A stretch of DNA of 64,000 nt from an uncultured Gemmatimonadales bacterium (GTDB lineage Bacteria; Gemmatimonadota; Gemmatimonadetes; Gemmatimonadales; GWC2-71-9), in assembly GCA_963742755.1 (NCBI GenBank), contig CAVUMU010000010.1, forward strand, positions 141,263-205,262, in the 5' to 3' direction. How positions within the stretch are numbered: the stretch's first letter is position 1; every line of letters begins with the position of its first letter. This document shows, piece after piece, positions 10,581 through 20,508 of the stretch. The position numbers were made by a program, and so were the translations under genes. Under the pieces are notes generated by a model. That model searched no databases, was not told the DNA's origin, and worked only from the letters and a program-made list of their open reading frames with translations.

Positions 10581-11425
10581 CGCTCGATTCCCTTGCGAAA
10601 GACCTGCGCCGCGGCCAGGTAGGAGCGGAGTCCAGCCCTGTCTCCGGCGGCAAGCAGCCGCCTGAGCTCCGCGAGGTGAGTCTCGGTCCGCGCCAGAGCC
10701 TCGCTGACCGCCGGCTGATTGTAGAGGAGAATATCTACCCACATATCCGGGTTGCCGGCGGCCAGCCGGGTGGTATCTCTGGCTCCACTTCCGTACGACA
10801 CGCCGGCGAGGCCGTACTCGGCCAGGCTCCGCGCCAGCGCATAGGCTACCGCCTGAGGCAGATGGCTGGTCCAGGCGAGCTGACGATCATGGTTCTCCGC
10901 ACTGATAAGAACCGGGGAAGCCTCCATGGTGTGTTGCCAGAAGCTGGCCACGCTCGCGGACGCCCGATGCCCGCCGGCCGTGCCGCTCTCGCAAATGTAG
11001 ACCACGCAACCGCGAAGCCGGTCTGGTCGTGCGGACAGGAACCCTGACTCATGGGTGCCGGCCAACGGATGCCCACCGGCAAACCGGTCTCCCAGTCCGG
11101 CCTTCACCGCCTGTTGCACCACTGGAACCTTGACGCTGCACACATCGGAGAGGATCGCCTCTGGCTCGAGGGCGGAGGCGATCTGGACGATAAGATCGAG
11201 CGTCGCACGCGGCGGCACCGCCAGCACGATCAGGTCCGCGCCCCGCACCGCGCTGATCGGCGTATCCGCCAGCTCGGTGATGGCTGAGGCCTTGAGTGCC
11301 TGGATACCCTCGGCTCGCTCCGGCGAATAGCCCACCACCCGCCGGACGCCTGCCAGGCGAGCCTGCCAGGCCAGCGAGCCACCGATGGCGCCGAGCCCGA
11401 TGACCGCGAGAGAGGTTGGACGCAC
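10577..11425 (-). CDS. tyrA: Prephenate/arogenate dehydrogenase
   Basis: GLGAIGGSL Rossmann motif, DVCSVK, GGHPLAG, HDRQLAWTSHLP, RDTTRLA; ATGA overlap with aroA. Confidence 0.92.
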   Translation of the reverse strand: MRPTSLAVIGLGAIGGSLAWQARLAGVRRVVGYSPERAEGIQALKASAITELADTPISAVRGADLIVLAVPPRATLDLIVQIASALEPEAILSDVCSVKVPVVQQAVKAGLGDRFAGGHPLAGTHESGFLSARPDRLRGCVVYICESGTAGGHRASASVASFWQHTMEASPVLISAENHDRQLAWTSHLPQAVAYALARSLAEYGLAGVSYGSGARDTTRLAAGNPDMWVDILLYNQPAVSEALARTETHLAELRRLLAAGDRAGLRSYLAAAQVFRKGIER

Positions 11426-11509
11426 TTATTCAGACCTCGAGAGACTGCCCACGTTGCCCGGGGTCACGAAATTGTGTACTGATATGGCACCCGAATGGGA
11501 GCGGCGTGC

Positions 11510-11887
11510 ATGGCAAGGATCCTGATCGTGGAAGATAGTCCGGACAACATGAAGCTGTTTCGAACCATCCTCTCGCTCAAGGGCCACGAGGTAACTGGCT
11601 TGTCTGGAGGCGACGGCTTGCTCGAGGCCATCGAGAAGGGAACGCCCGAGCTGGTCCTGATGGACATCCAGCTTCCGGGCAAGGATGGCTTCGCTCTGCT
11701 GCAGGAGATCAGGAAGGCTGGCATGCCGCGAGTTCGGGTGATCGCGCTGACCGCCCACGCCATGACGGGCGACCGCGAGCGGGCACTGGAGGCGGGTTTC
11801 GACGGCTACATCACCAAGCCGATCGATATTCGGAACTTCCCCGAGCAGGTACAGAAGGCGTTACGAGGCGAGCAGCCCGACCTGTAA
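11510..11887 (+). CDS. Single-domain response regulator (DivK-like)
   Basis: ILIVED, LVLMDIQLP, ALTAHAM, GYITKP. Confidence 0.92.
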   Translation: MARILIVEDSPDNMKLFRTILSLKGHEVTGLSGGDGLLEAIEKGTPELVLMDIQLPGKDGFALLQEIRKAGMPRVRVIALTAHAMTGDRERALEAGFDGYITKPIDIRNFPEQVQKALRGEQPDL

Positions 11888-11914
11888 GTCTGCCAGGCCC
11901 GCATCGCTGCGGAC

Positions 11915-14009
11915 CTACGCTGACCGAAGCAGCACCAATGAGTGAGGGGCGAGGTTGATCCGGTTAGTCCCGGGGTGAATCTGGGAGCCCGAGGTATCCA
12001 GCACCTCGGTCCAGACCCCGGGGCGACCCAGATTCGGCAGCGTAAACGGCTTGGATCGCCCTCCCCCGTTCAGCAGGAGCAGAATCGCCGCCGTCCTCCT
12101 CCTTCCCCTGATCTCCTCCACCCTCAATCTCCCCTGAAGCGCCGACGCGTATCAACATCCCCAGCACGTGGCTGCTGCTGTCCTGCCAATCGGCTTCGGT
12201 CATCGCCAGTCCGTCGGGTCTGAGCCAGGTGAGATCATCCCCCGCGTGGAAGAAGGTGCGGCGGCGCAGCAGTGGGCTCGCGGCACGGATGGCAAAGACA
12301 TTCCTGACGAATGCAAGCAGATCCTGATTCTCCTGGGAGAGCCGCCAGTCGATCCAGCTGAGTGGACTATCCTGACAGTACGCGTTGTTGTTCCCCCGCT
12401 GGGTGCGGCCCAGCTCGTCGCCATGGGAGATCATCGGGACGCCCTGGGAGAACGCCAGCGTGGCGAGGAAGTTCCGCTTGATCCGCTCCCGAACGTGCAC
12501 CGTGCGCACCACGTCCGTGGGACCCTCTACCCCCCAGTTGCGGCTGAGATTGTGGTTGCTCCCGTCGCGATTCTCCTCTCCGTTCGCCTCGTTGTACTTC
12601 TTCTCGTAGCTGACCAGGTCCTGCAGGGTGAACCCATCGTGGCAGGTGACGAAGTTGACGCTGGCCTGTGGTGGGCGCTGGCTGGCTTCGTAGAGATCGC
12701 TGCTACCGGCGAGCCGGGATGCCAGACTGCCGACCTGGCCCGGATCGCCTCGCCAGAAATGACGGACAGTATCGCGATACTTGCCATTCCACTCACTCCA
12801 GCCGGCCGGAAACCCGCCGACCTGGTAGCCGCCCGGGCCCAGGTCCCAGGGCTCGGCGATGAGCTTCGCACCGGCGAGGATCGGATCCTGGCGGAGACGG
12901 GCAAAGAACTCGCTCGCCGGGCTGAATCCGTTGTCACCTCGCCCGAGGACCGGCGCGATATCGAACCGGAAACCGTCCACGCGCATGTCCCGCACCCAGT
13001 ACCTCAGGCTGTCCAGCACGAACTCGAGCGTTTCGGGCTTCCGCAGATCCACGGTGTTTCCGCAGCCGGTGTAGTCGGTGTAGAGACGGGGGTTCTCTGG
13101 ATGGGGCCAGTAGTAAGTCGCGTTGTCGATCCCGCGAAACGAGAGCGTGGGACCGAGGTGGCTGCCTTCGCCGGTATGGTTATAGACCACGTCGAGGAGA
13201 ACTTCGATGCCCTCCTGATGGAACCGCTTGACCATGGTCTTGAATTCGGTGACCTGGCTGCCGGGCACACCAGCGGGGGTGGCGTAGCGCACATCGGGCG
13301 CGAAGTACCCGACGGAGTTGTATCCCCAGTAGTTGGTGAGCCGCTGCTCACTCAACCGCCGCTCGGCCGCCACGTGGTGGACGGGCAGCAGCTCGATGGC
13401 GGTGACACCAAGGCTCTTCAGGTGATGGATGATCGGGGCGCTTGCGAGTCCCAGGTACGTCCCCCGCAGCGGCTCCGGGATATCCGGATGCAGCTGGGTC
13501 ATACCCTTGACGTGCGCTTCGTAAATCACCGTCCTGTCCCATGCCGTCCGGAGCGGAGCATCATCGCCCCAGGCAAACCCCGGGTCGAGGACGAGACTCT
13601 TCGGCATGGCCCCCGCGCTGTCTCGGGAATCAGGGACCAGATCGCGATTGGGATCGTCACTTCGAAGCGGATACCCCGAGAGCACGTCGCTCCACTCCAT
13701 CGTGCCGCTGATGGCCCTGGCGTAGGGATCGAGGAGCAGCTTGGCGGGATTGAAGCGATGACCCTCAGCGGGAGCATAGGGGCCGTGCACTCGGTATCCA
13801 TAGGCCTGGCCCGGGCCAATGTTCGGCCGATACCCGTGCCAGACATCCCCCGTCCTTTGAAGCTCGACCCGAGCGGATTCGGTCGCGTCCGTGGGAAGAG
13901 CAAAAAGGCAGAGCTCCACCCGGGTGGCATGCCGGGAGAAGACCGCGAAGTTGGTACCCTCTCCGTCCCAGGTGGCGCCGAGCGGCGCCGGCGATCCGGT
14001 TGGTGGCAA
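11915..14009 (-). pseudogene. glgX: Glycogen debranching enzyme GlgX, frameshifted near the C-terminus (main ORF 11964..14009)
   Basis: PLGATWDG, NYWGY, DVVYNH, DGFRFD, IAEPWD, NFVTCHDGF, GNNNAYCQD; the expected tail LLLLNGGG..WTEVLDTS..LAPHSLVLL lies in another frame (11915..~12085). Confidence 0.85.
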
Positions 14010-14013
14010 GCTT

Positions 14014-14226
14014 CTAGGATTCAGGGAGGTTCATGCGTGCGGCGCGGATTCTGGTGAGGCCCCGGATGACCACGGCCAGGTTGATGACGGTCCAGACCAC
14101 CGTGAAGGCGATCTTCACAGTATCTGACGCCCGCTCGATTCCGGCCCCGAAATACACGCCGATGAAGAGAGCGTCCACTGCCAGGACCAGCCCGACCAGC
14201 ACCAGGGCCTCTCCCCTGGCGGTCAC
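14014..14226 (-). CDS. Small two-TM hypothetical protein
   Basis: Two hydrophobic segments; co-oriented and fills the gap. Confidence 0.7.
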   Translation of the reverse strand: MTARGEALVLVGLVLAVDALFIGVYFGAGIERASDTVKIAFTVVWTVINLAVVIRGLTRIRAARMNLPES

Positions 14227-14248
14227 TTGCCTGCCCCGGTGTAGCGAC

Positions 14249-14686
14249 TCAACGCTGAATCAGGATCACGCCGGCGATAACCAGGGCGGCCCCCAGGAGT
14301 CGCACGAGCGTCAGCGGATGAACCGGAAATCCGACTAGTCCGTACTGGTCGAGCATCAGCGAGCTCAGCATTTGCCCCGCCACCACCGCTGCAATGAGTG
14401 TGGCTGCACCGAGTCTTGGGGCCAGCACGATGGCGGCGAGCACGTAGGCCGCGCCGATCAGTCCGCCGCTCCATTGCCACGGACCGGTGGCGGCCCACGC
14501 GCGTCCCAGCGCCAGCGGCGCGCGCATGAGCAACGCGATGGCTGCCAGTCCGGCGGTGCCGACCAGAAAAGAGACCAGTGCCGCGGCCACCGGCGAGCCC
14601 AGCGCGGACCGCAGTTGAGCGTTGATTCCGGCCTGCACCGGAAGGAGCGCGCCGGCGGCCAGGGCCAGCAGGAGGAAGAGGATCAT
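14249..14686 (-). CDS. DMT family transporter (YdcZ/DUF606 type)
   Basis: AGALLPVQAGINAQL, WQWSGGLIGA, PRLGAA, GQMLSSLMLDQYG. Confidence 0.9.
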   Translation of the reverse strand: MILFLLLALAAGALLPVQAGINAQLRSALGSPVAAALVSFLVGTAGLAAIALLMRAPLALGRAWAATGPWQWSGGLIGAAYVLAAIVLAPRLGAATLIAAVVAGQMLSSLMLDQYGLVGFPVHPLTLVRLLGAALVIAGVILIQR

Positions 14687-15192
14687 TGCGCCGAGCTCAG
14701 TTCCGACGGCCGGACAGCATCCACCGCGAACGCGGTGCCGGTCACAACCCGGCGATGGTAGTCGATCTGGCCCAGGTGATACACCAGGTGCGTCGCCAGA
14801 TGAATCAGGTAATCGCCGGTGGTCACCCTCGAGCCCGCGATAGTCTCGGGGTACTCGGCGTTGACGTCGGCCTGCTTTGCGCCGGAGAGTCCCGCTTTCA
14901 CCGCGCTGCGAGCGGCTTCGATCTGACTCAGCAGCTCGGAGCGTGGGACGTCCCGGCGGGAAAACTCCGCCGCCCGGTCTCTCACGTATCCCGTCCGCCC
15001 CAGTCGAGCCCCGATGTAGTGCTGCAGGTTGCCCGCCAGGTGCAGCGCCAGGGTCCCTCCCACGTTGGTGATACCCGGCACTGCTTGCCACAGCGCGTGG
15101 TCGTCGGGATAGGCCTCGACTTCACGGCGAAGGGTACACAGGTCGCGGTCGAGAATGGTGGCAACCGATCGCAGCAGCAGAGAGGAGCTCAA
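14683..15192 (-). CDS. DinB/DUF1572 family protein
   Basis: GTLALHLAGNLQHYIG, RDRAAEF, HLVYHLGQIDY. Confidence 0.88.
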   Translation of the reverse strand: MSSSLLLRSVATILDRDLCTLRREVEAYPDDHALWQAVPGITNVGGTLALHLAGNLQHYIGARLGRTGYVRDRAAEFSRRDVPRSELLSQIEAARSAVKAGLSGAKQADVNAEYPETIAGSRVTTGDYLIHLATHLVYHLGQIDYHRRVVTGTAFAVDAVRPSELSSAQ

Positions 15193-15695
15193 TGTCCCGC
15201 TGGGTGGCTGGTCGAGCGGTGGTCCTGCCGCTGAAAGGCCAGGAACTGGTGAATCGCCGCGAGGGCGGCAGGATCTGATGTGGTGAGGCGCACCTGCCCG
15301 CCGCCTGCGAGCGTGTCAGCGTCGTAGCGGATCCGGGACCGCCGGGCCGCCATCACGGCAGTACCGGGGACGTCTCGAGCGTGGACCACCCCGGGAAGTG
15401 CAAAGTCGCCCCGTGCGAATGCGCGCGCGACCGTCTGCATGTGGGATCTGATCTGGGCCACCCCGGCACTGTCGCCGGGGTCTCGCTGCAGACCGATGCG
15501 GCCCCCATCGGGCAGCGACTCGAATTGATGGAAGGAGGTGTATTGATCGACGCCCATGGCCACCTGACCGCGGGCCTGGACCAGTGCAAAGGCGCTGTCG
15601 GCAGAATCGCGAGCCGGGCCCCGCGCCCTGCTATGCCGCGCGGGACGATCGATGCAGGCAGACAGGACCAGCAGCAGCAGAACGGCGCGACGCAT
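15189..15695 (-). CDS. Hypothetical lipoprotein
   Basis: LLLLVLSAC lipobox; MGVDQYTSFHQF..DGGRI; AIHQFLAFQRQDH. Confidence 0.75.
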   Translation of the reverse strand: MRRAVLLLLVLSACIDRPARHSRARGPARDSADSAFALVQARGQVAMGVDQYTSFHQFESLPDGGRIGLQRDPGDSAGVAQIRSHMQTVARAFARGDFALPGVVHARDVPGTAVMAARRSRIRYDADTLAGGGQVRLTTSDPAALAAIHQFLAFQRQDHRSTSHPAGH

Positions 15696-15707
15696 TCGGC
15701 GTTCCCG

Positions 15708-16187
15708 TCAGTCTTCCAGCTCGATCTTGGACATCTCCCGCTCGTGCGCCCCCTGGCGGAGGCGGCGGAAGACCGACTCGAGGAGCTCAACGCCCAGGAG
15801 GAGGGCGACGGTGATGAGGGTGAGCACGATGGCGCCCTTGAGGTGGCCGAGTCCGATCATGGCGCCGAGCGAGGCCAGCACCCAGATAACGGCCGCGGAG
15901 GTGACCCCCAGGATGGCGCCGTCCCGCGCCAGGATCACTCCGCCGCCCAGAAAGCCGATTCCGGTGACCACCTGCGCCAGCACCCGGGTCGGGTCTACCC
16001 GGTCGCCCTGGAAGGATGCTCCCAGCGAGACAAACAGCGCTGTACCCATGCAGATAAGAATGCTGGTGCGGATGCCGGCCGCCTTCCCCCTGAGCTGACG
16101 CTCCAGCCCGATGATGCCGCCGCAGAGGATGGCCGTGCCGAGGCGGAACCAGAACGCGGGGGAGTCGGGATCGAGCGCATCGAACAC
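15708..16187 (-). CDS. MgtC/SapB family protein (membrane domain only)
   Basis: GGIIGLERQ, AGIRT, DPTRVLAQVVTGIGFLGGG, GVTSAAVIW; GTG start assumed. Confidence 0.9.
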   Translation of the reverse strand: MFDALDPDSPAFWFRLGTAILCGGIIGLERQLRGKAAGIRTSILICMGTALFVSLGASFQGDRVDPTRVLAQVVTGIGFLGGGVILARDGAILGVTSAAVIWVLASLGAMIGLGHLKGAIVLTLITVALLLGVELLESVFRRLRQGAHEREMSKIELED

Positions 16188-16189
16188 TG

Positions 16190-16459
16190 TTATTTCCGCT
16201 GGCGTTGCAGGAGTGGGGCCTTGGCTCCGAAGACCTGCTCGTCCACCCATCGGAGCAGCGCGTCGTCCAGCTCCACCAGCTCCTGTCCGGGAACATGCGG
16301 CAGCACCGGCCGGCGCTTACCCTCGTTCATCAAGTACCACATGGGGGGGACCGCTTCGACACCGCGGCGCTCATTGGCGATCTGGGCGTCGTAGGAGACG
16401 AAGTGAAATTCCCGACCACGATGGCTAAGGCGGCGCTGCTCGACTTTATGGGTGCTCAC
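16190..16459 (-). CDS. Hypothetical protein
   Basis: Co-oriented, fills the gap, protein-like composition (GREFHFVSY, WYLMNEGKR). Confidence 0.7.
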   Translation of the reverse strand: MSTHKVEQRRLSHRGREFHFVSYDAQIANERRGVEAVPPMWYLMNEGKRRPVLPHVPGQELVELDDALLRWVDEQVFGAKAPLLQRQRK

Positions 16460-16523
16460 GGAAGACTCGCTTGGTATGATATTTAGGCGCGGACCACGAC
16501 CCCGCCCCGTAATCTAATCGTAC

Positions 16524-16778
16524 TTACCCTCCGCCGAGCACGATCTGATCGCGATCGAGCATCTCGGGATGGTCCCGCAGCCAGCGGAGCACCCGTTCTC
16601 GCACCTGCTCCTCGGTGTCGATGGCGGTGGCCGGGAACTTGGTCAGAGCCGTCCCGGCAATAGTCACGTGCCACTGGGGGGCCTGGTCGCTGCCAAGGAC
16701 CTCGCCGGACATGGTTTGGCCTTCGCTCAGGGAGGCCGTAACCTGCTTTCCTTCGTAGTCGATGGTCACCTGATCCAT
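16524..16778 (-). CDS. Hypothetical protein
   Basis: GGAGA RBS before ATG; co-oriented downstream of the helicase. Confidence 0.7.
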   Translation of the reverse strand: MDQVTIDYEGKQVTASLSEGQTMSGEVLGSDQAPQWHVTIAGTALTKFPATAIDTEEQVRERVLRWLRDHPEMLDRDQIVLGGG

Positions 16779-16791
16779 GATTTCTCCATGC

Positions 16792-18120
16792 TTAACGCGG
16801 GGAGCCTCCGTTCCTCGGACGACCCCGGCCGCCCCGTTGGCCAGGCCGCGCAGAGGGCGAGCGCTCAGGCGGACGGGACCCCTGGGCTGTTCGGCGGGCC
16901 TCTTTCGCCTTCGAGCGAGCCCTGTCCTCCGCCTTCCTGGCCCGGATCGCGGCGATTCGTTCGGCCAAGGGGACCTCGAACCGGGTTTCCGACTTGGCCG
17001 TATAATCGAAGTCCGGAACGGTTATCCGAGGCAGCCGCCTCCCTACCACCCGCTCAATACCGCGAAGCTCGCCCTCTTCCTCGGGCGACACCAGGGTAAA
17101 CGCGTCACCGGTCAGCTCCGCCCGCGCGGTCCGTCCAACCCGGTGAATGTAATCCTCGGCGGCCTTGGGGACGTCGAAGTTCACCACATGGCCCAGGGCC
17201 TCGACGTCGATTCCCCGGGCCGCAATATCGGTGGCCACCAGGACCCGGTACTTCCCGCTCTTGAAGCCGGCCAGGGCTTCCGTACGCTGCGATTGGGAGC
17301 GATTGCCATGGATCCGCTCGGCCTTGATCCCGTGCCGCGCCAGGTAATCGGCCAGCCGGTTGGCCCGATGCTTGGTGCGGGTAAAGACTAGCGCCTCCTG
17401 CATCTCTCCTCGTTGAAGAAGAGCAACCAGCAGGGCCGACTTGAGCTCCTGAGGCACCGGGTAGACCGCCTGGGTGATCCCCACCGCCGGCGCGGGCTTC
17501 CGGTCGAGCTGAATCGCCTCGGGATTCCGGAGCATCTCGCGAGTAAGCGTAAGGATCGGGGCGGGCATAGTGGCGCTGAAGAAGAACGTCTGCCGCTTCT
17601 GCGGCAGGTGCCGCAACACCCGCCGAATGTCGGGAAGGAAACCCATGTCCAGCATGCGGTCCGCCTCGTCCAGCACCAGATGCTCGACCCCGGCCAGCTT
17701 GGCGTAGGGCATTCGAAAATGGTCGAGCAACCGCCCGGGGGTGGCGACCAGCACATCCACTCCACTGCGGAAGGCGTGCTCCTGCGGGCCCATCCCCACA
17801 CCGCCGAAAATGGCGGCGCCCGTGATCGGTGTGTGCACGGCGAGGTCGTTCAGATCTTCAAGAATCTGCGCCGCGAGCTCGCGCGTCGGTGTGAGCACCA
17901 GTGCCCGGGTAACCCCCCGAGGCCGTCCCACCAGCTTGTGGAGGATAGGGAGGAGAAAGGCGGCTGTCTTGCCGCTGCCGGTCATTGCGCACGCCAGCAC
18001 ATCCCGGCCGGCGAGAGCCGGAGGTATCGCGGCTTCCTGAATCGGGGTCGGCCGGGTAAACCCGAGCTCCTTGATTCCCCTCAGGAGATCGGGATGGAGC
18101 TTCAAGCTGCTGAATGGCAC
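16792..18120 (-). CDS. DEAD-box RNA helicase (RhlE-like)
   Basis: PTPIQ, TGSGKT, PTRELA, TPGR, DEAD, SAT, ARGID, HRVGRTAR; basic tail. Confidence 0.96.
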   Translation of the reverse strand: MPFSSLKLHPDLLRGIKELGFTRPTPIQEAAIPPALAGRDVLACAMTGSGKTAAFLLPILHKLVGRPRGVTRALVLTPTRELAAQILEDLNDLAVHTPITGAAIFGGVGMGPQEHAFRSGVDVLVATPGRLLDHFRMPYAKLAGVEHLVLDEADRMLDMGFLPDIRRVLRHLPQKRQTFFFSATMPAPILTLTREMLRNPEAIQLDRKPAPAVGITQAVYPVPQELKSALLVALLQRGEMQEALVFTRTKHRANRLADYLARHGIKAERIHGNRSQSQRTEALAGFKSGKYRVLVATDIAARGIDVEALGHVVNFDVPKAAEDYIHRVGRTARAELTGDAFTLVSPEEEGELRGIERVVGRRLPRITVPDFDYTAKSETRFEVPLAERIAAIRARKAEDRARSKAKEARRTAQGSRPPERSPSARPGQRGGRGRPRNGGSPR

Positions 18121-18153
18121 TAAGTCCTCGTATCGTCGTACGGGTGGCTGGCG

Positions 18154-18795
18154 TCAGTCGGTCTCGCGCCGCACTGCCGGGCCGGCCGCCGCACCAAAGG
18201 TGACATCCACGGTGTAGCCATCGGCGTGGATCAATGCGCCGAGCAGCCGCCGGGCACTCTCCTCGGCGTGCGCCGTGACCCCAATCTCCCCAGCAGCGGT
18301 GATCAGCTGTTGCCGGGCCAGAAAGTAGATGGTGTCCCGGTCGGCGGGGCGGAACGGATTCCACAGTCCGCTGCGCTCGTCGTAAGTCCGCAGTTGGGTT
18401 ACCTCGACGCCGAGCACCTTGGCCGGCGGGAGAACCACGTGGACCCGATGCTCCCGCTGATCGATGTCCACCTTAGTTCCACGGTCGAGATCGATTCCGG
18501 CCATCACTTTGCCGCTCACCACGACCAGGGACCGCTTGGTGGAACCGAGACGGCTGTGCTCGTACACCACCACATCGCGGACCGTGGTTTCGCTGGTGAC
18601 CAGTTGTGCCACCGCCCGTATCCGCTCCACCACGACGCCGTGGGTAACCGTGGTTTCGCCCCGGCCGGGCAGCAGGTTGCGGGTGAGGGGTGCGAAGCGT
18701 TGGACCGCCAGACCGATGAGAAGGAGTGCCCCGCCGAGGAGCAGGAGGGAGATGACAATTGCCGCAACTGGCCGCCGGGGCCGTGAGTCGGCCAT
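18154..18795 (-). CDS. DUF4230-like membrane-anchored protein
   Basis: N-terminal TM; GKVMAGIDL, VVLPPAKVL, AEESARRLL. Confidence 0.75.
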   Translation of the reverse strand: MADSRPRRPVAAIVISLLLLGGALLLIGLAVQRFAPLTRNLLPGRGETTVTHGVVVERIRAVAQLVTSETTVRDVVVYEHSRLGSTKRSLVVVSGKVMAGIDLDRGTKVDIDQREHRVHVVLPPAKVLGVEVTQLRTYDERSGLWNPFRPADRDTIYFLARQQLITAAGEIGVTAHAEESARRLLGALIHADGYTVDVTFGAAAGPAVRRETD

Positions 18796-18803
18796 GCCGT
18801 TAC

Positions 18804-18980
18804 TCAGAACTCCCGACGCTTCATGTCCTTGAACAGGCGCCTGGTCTCAGCATCTTCTTCAGTGGGTTTCTGCCGCAGGGTGGAGTCGAACTTTGCCGCG
18901 CGATCGGCCTTGGGGGGAACCACTTTCTCGGCGTTCTTCTTGGCCAGCGCGGCTATCCTCTGATCTTCACGCTTGGACAT
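18804..18980 (-). CDS. Small basic hypothetical protein
   Basis: GGAGGTG RBS before ATG; MSKREDQR...MKRREF. Confidence 0.7.
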   Translation of the reverse strand: MSKREDQRIAALAKKNAEKVVPPKADRAAKFDSTLRQKPTEEDAETRRLFKDMKRREF

Positions 18981-19007
18981 CAACACCTCCAAAAATATGC
19001 CCGGTGG

Positions 19008-19361
19008 CTAGAAAGCCGGCCGCTGCGCCTGCTCGATGCTTTGAGCGAGCTCGTTCGCCGCCTCTTTGAGGCCGGCCAGCTCCCGGTGTCTCCCACTCAT
19101 GGCACCGGTCCGCAGGTCTCCACCCAGCCCGCGGCTCATCTCCGTCGCCCGTCGAATGCGAAACCGCTCTTGGAACCCCTTGTAGTCGTCCCCTCCCGCG
19201 GCGCTCAGCAGACCCCAGAGACGGAGCCGCACATCATCGAGCGCGCTCTTGAAATCCTCCAGCTCCTGCACCGCGGTCTGCCCTCGCGCCAGCCGCCCCT
19301 CGACTTCACTCAGCGTGGAATTGAGGGTAGCTATCTGCTCGAGAAAGCTTGGCTCCGCCAT
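19008..19361 (-). CDS. Helical hypothetical protein
   Basis: GGAGGG RBS before MAEPSFLEQ. Confidence 0.7.
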   Translation of the reverse strand: MAEPSFLEQIATLNSTLSEVEGRLARGQTAVQELEDFKSALDDVRLRLWGLLSAAGGDDYKGFQERFRIRRATEMSRGLGGDLRTGAMSGRHRELAGLKEAANELAQSIEQAQRPAF

Positions 19362-19580
19362 CAGCCCTCCGTCGCCGTGATGCGTCCTCGCTGCCCGTGG
19401 GCGTAAAGAATCCTTGTCGCTGCACCGGGGCAAGGCCCCGGCGATGTCAGCAATGCGTGCGGCGGAGTTGAGCGGCAAGACTAGGCACGACGCCTCCCGA
19501 TCGGGCCTCGGGCCAGGAAAACCTTCTACCACTACGTTAGATAGGGGAGCGTAAGCGAATGGTAGCAATGAGTTTTGAGG

Positions 19581-20009
19581 TCACGCCGTCTCCCGATAGA
19601 GCCGGGCCCCCACATAGCCTCCCGCCAGCGCCGCCACCAGCCCTCCCAGGCTACTCGCTCCCACCAGTGACCAGGAGTAGTACCCCATGAATGCATAGGA
19701 TGCGTACGCCGCATGGGCCGCGAGCCACACGACAAACGCGGCCGTAAGCGCGGTGCGTGGCCCGGGGCCGAACCGGGGACGGATGGCCGCATAGAGCCAG
19801 ACCGTGAGGATCCCCAGAATGAAATCCACGATGACCCAACCCATCGTGCCGGGTGCGGCGTTGGCGAGAAGTCCGGGATTAAGCGCCTCGGTCTCCACCT
19901 TCCAACGGGTGCCGAGCAGAAAGCCGTTCGTGGCTGCGTCGATGACATTCATGACCAGGCCGGCGGCGATGCCTCCAACGATGACACGGGACCAGCTCAG
20001 CTGCGCCAT
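19581..20009 (-). CDS. Four-TM hypothetical membrane protein
   Basis: WLYAAIRPRFGPGPRTA motif; GGAGGG RBS. Confidence 0.8.
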   Translation of the reverse strand: MAQLSWSRVIVGGIAAGLVMNVIDAATNGFLLGTRWKVETEALNPGLLANAAPGTMGWVIVDFILGILTVWLYAAIRPRFGPGPRTALTAAFVVWLAAHAAYASYAFMGYYSWSLVGASSLGGLVAALAGGYVGARLYRETA

Positions 20010-20027
20010 GCTGCCCTCCGGAGTCCG

Positions 20028-20492
20028 CTAGTGGGACCGCAAGGAAACACCGTATCCCCGAGCCATGGCCGCGGCAAGGAAGACCATGACGATGACGATT
20101 CCAGCCTGCGCGAAGCTGATGCGAGCCAGCCGTGGAGCGGCACTGGTGTCAGGCTGCTCGCCCCGCGCCACCCGCCGGCGCCACCTGATCAGCGTGATCA
20201 TGGGAAGAACCTCCAGGGCCAGGATGATGGCGAACAGCGCCATCTTGCCCAGGAACACGTGGTTGTGGAAATAGTAGGCAGTGTTCTTCTCCGCGCCGGC
20301 CAGGAGACGCCAGAGGCCGGTACCGAGCCATAGAGCCGCCGCCAGGGCCCAGAAGTTGTCGGCCAGGAAGACGGAGCGGAGGCCGGCCGGATCGAGACGG
20401 GACTTGAGCGCCCGGCCCCGGGCCCAGACGGCGCCCAGCCCGACGCCCAACCCGAGCAGGTGAAGGCCCGCGAGCAGTAAGCCTCTCAGCAT
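20028..20492 (-). CDS. DUF2214 family membrane protein
   Basis: ADNFWALAA, GTGLWR, EKNTAYY, KMALF, AAAMARGYG. Confidence 0.85.
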   Translation of the reverse strand: MLRGLLLAGLHLLGLGVGLGAVWARGRALKSRLDPAGLRSVFLADNFWALAAALWLGTGLWRLLAGAEKNTAYYFHNHVFLGKMALFAIILALEVLPMITLIRWRRRVARGEQPDTSAAPRLARISFAQAGIVIVMVFLAAAMARGYGVSLRSH

Positions 20493-20508
20493 GATGGCCG
20501 GCGGTCGC

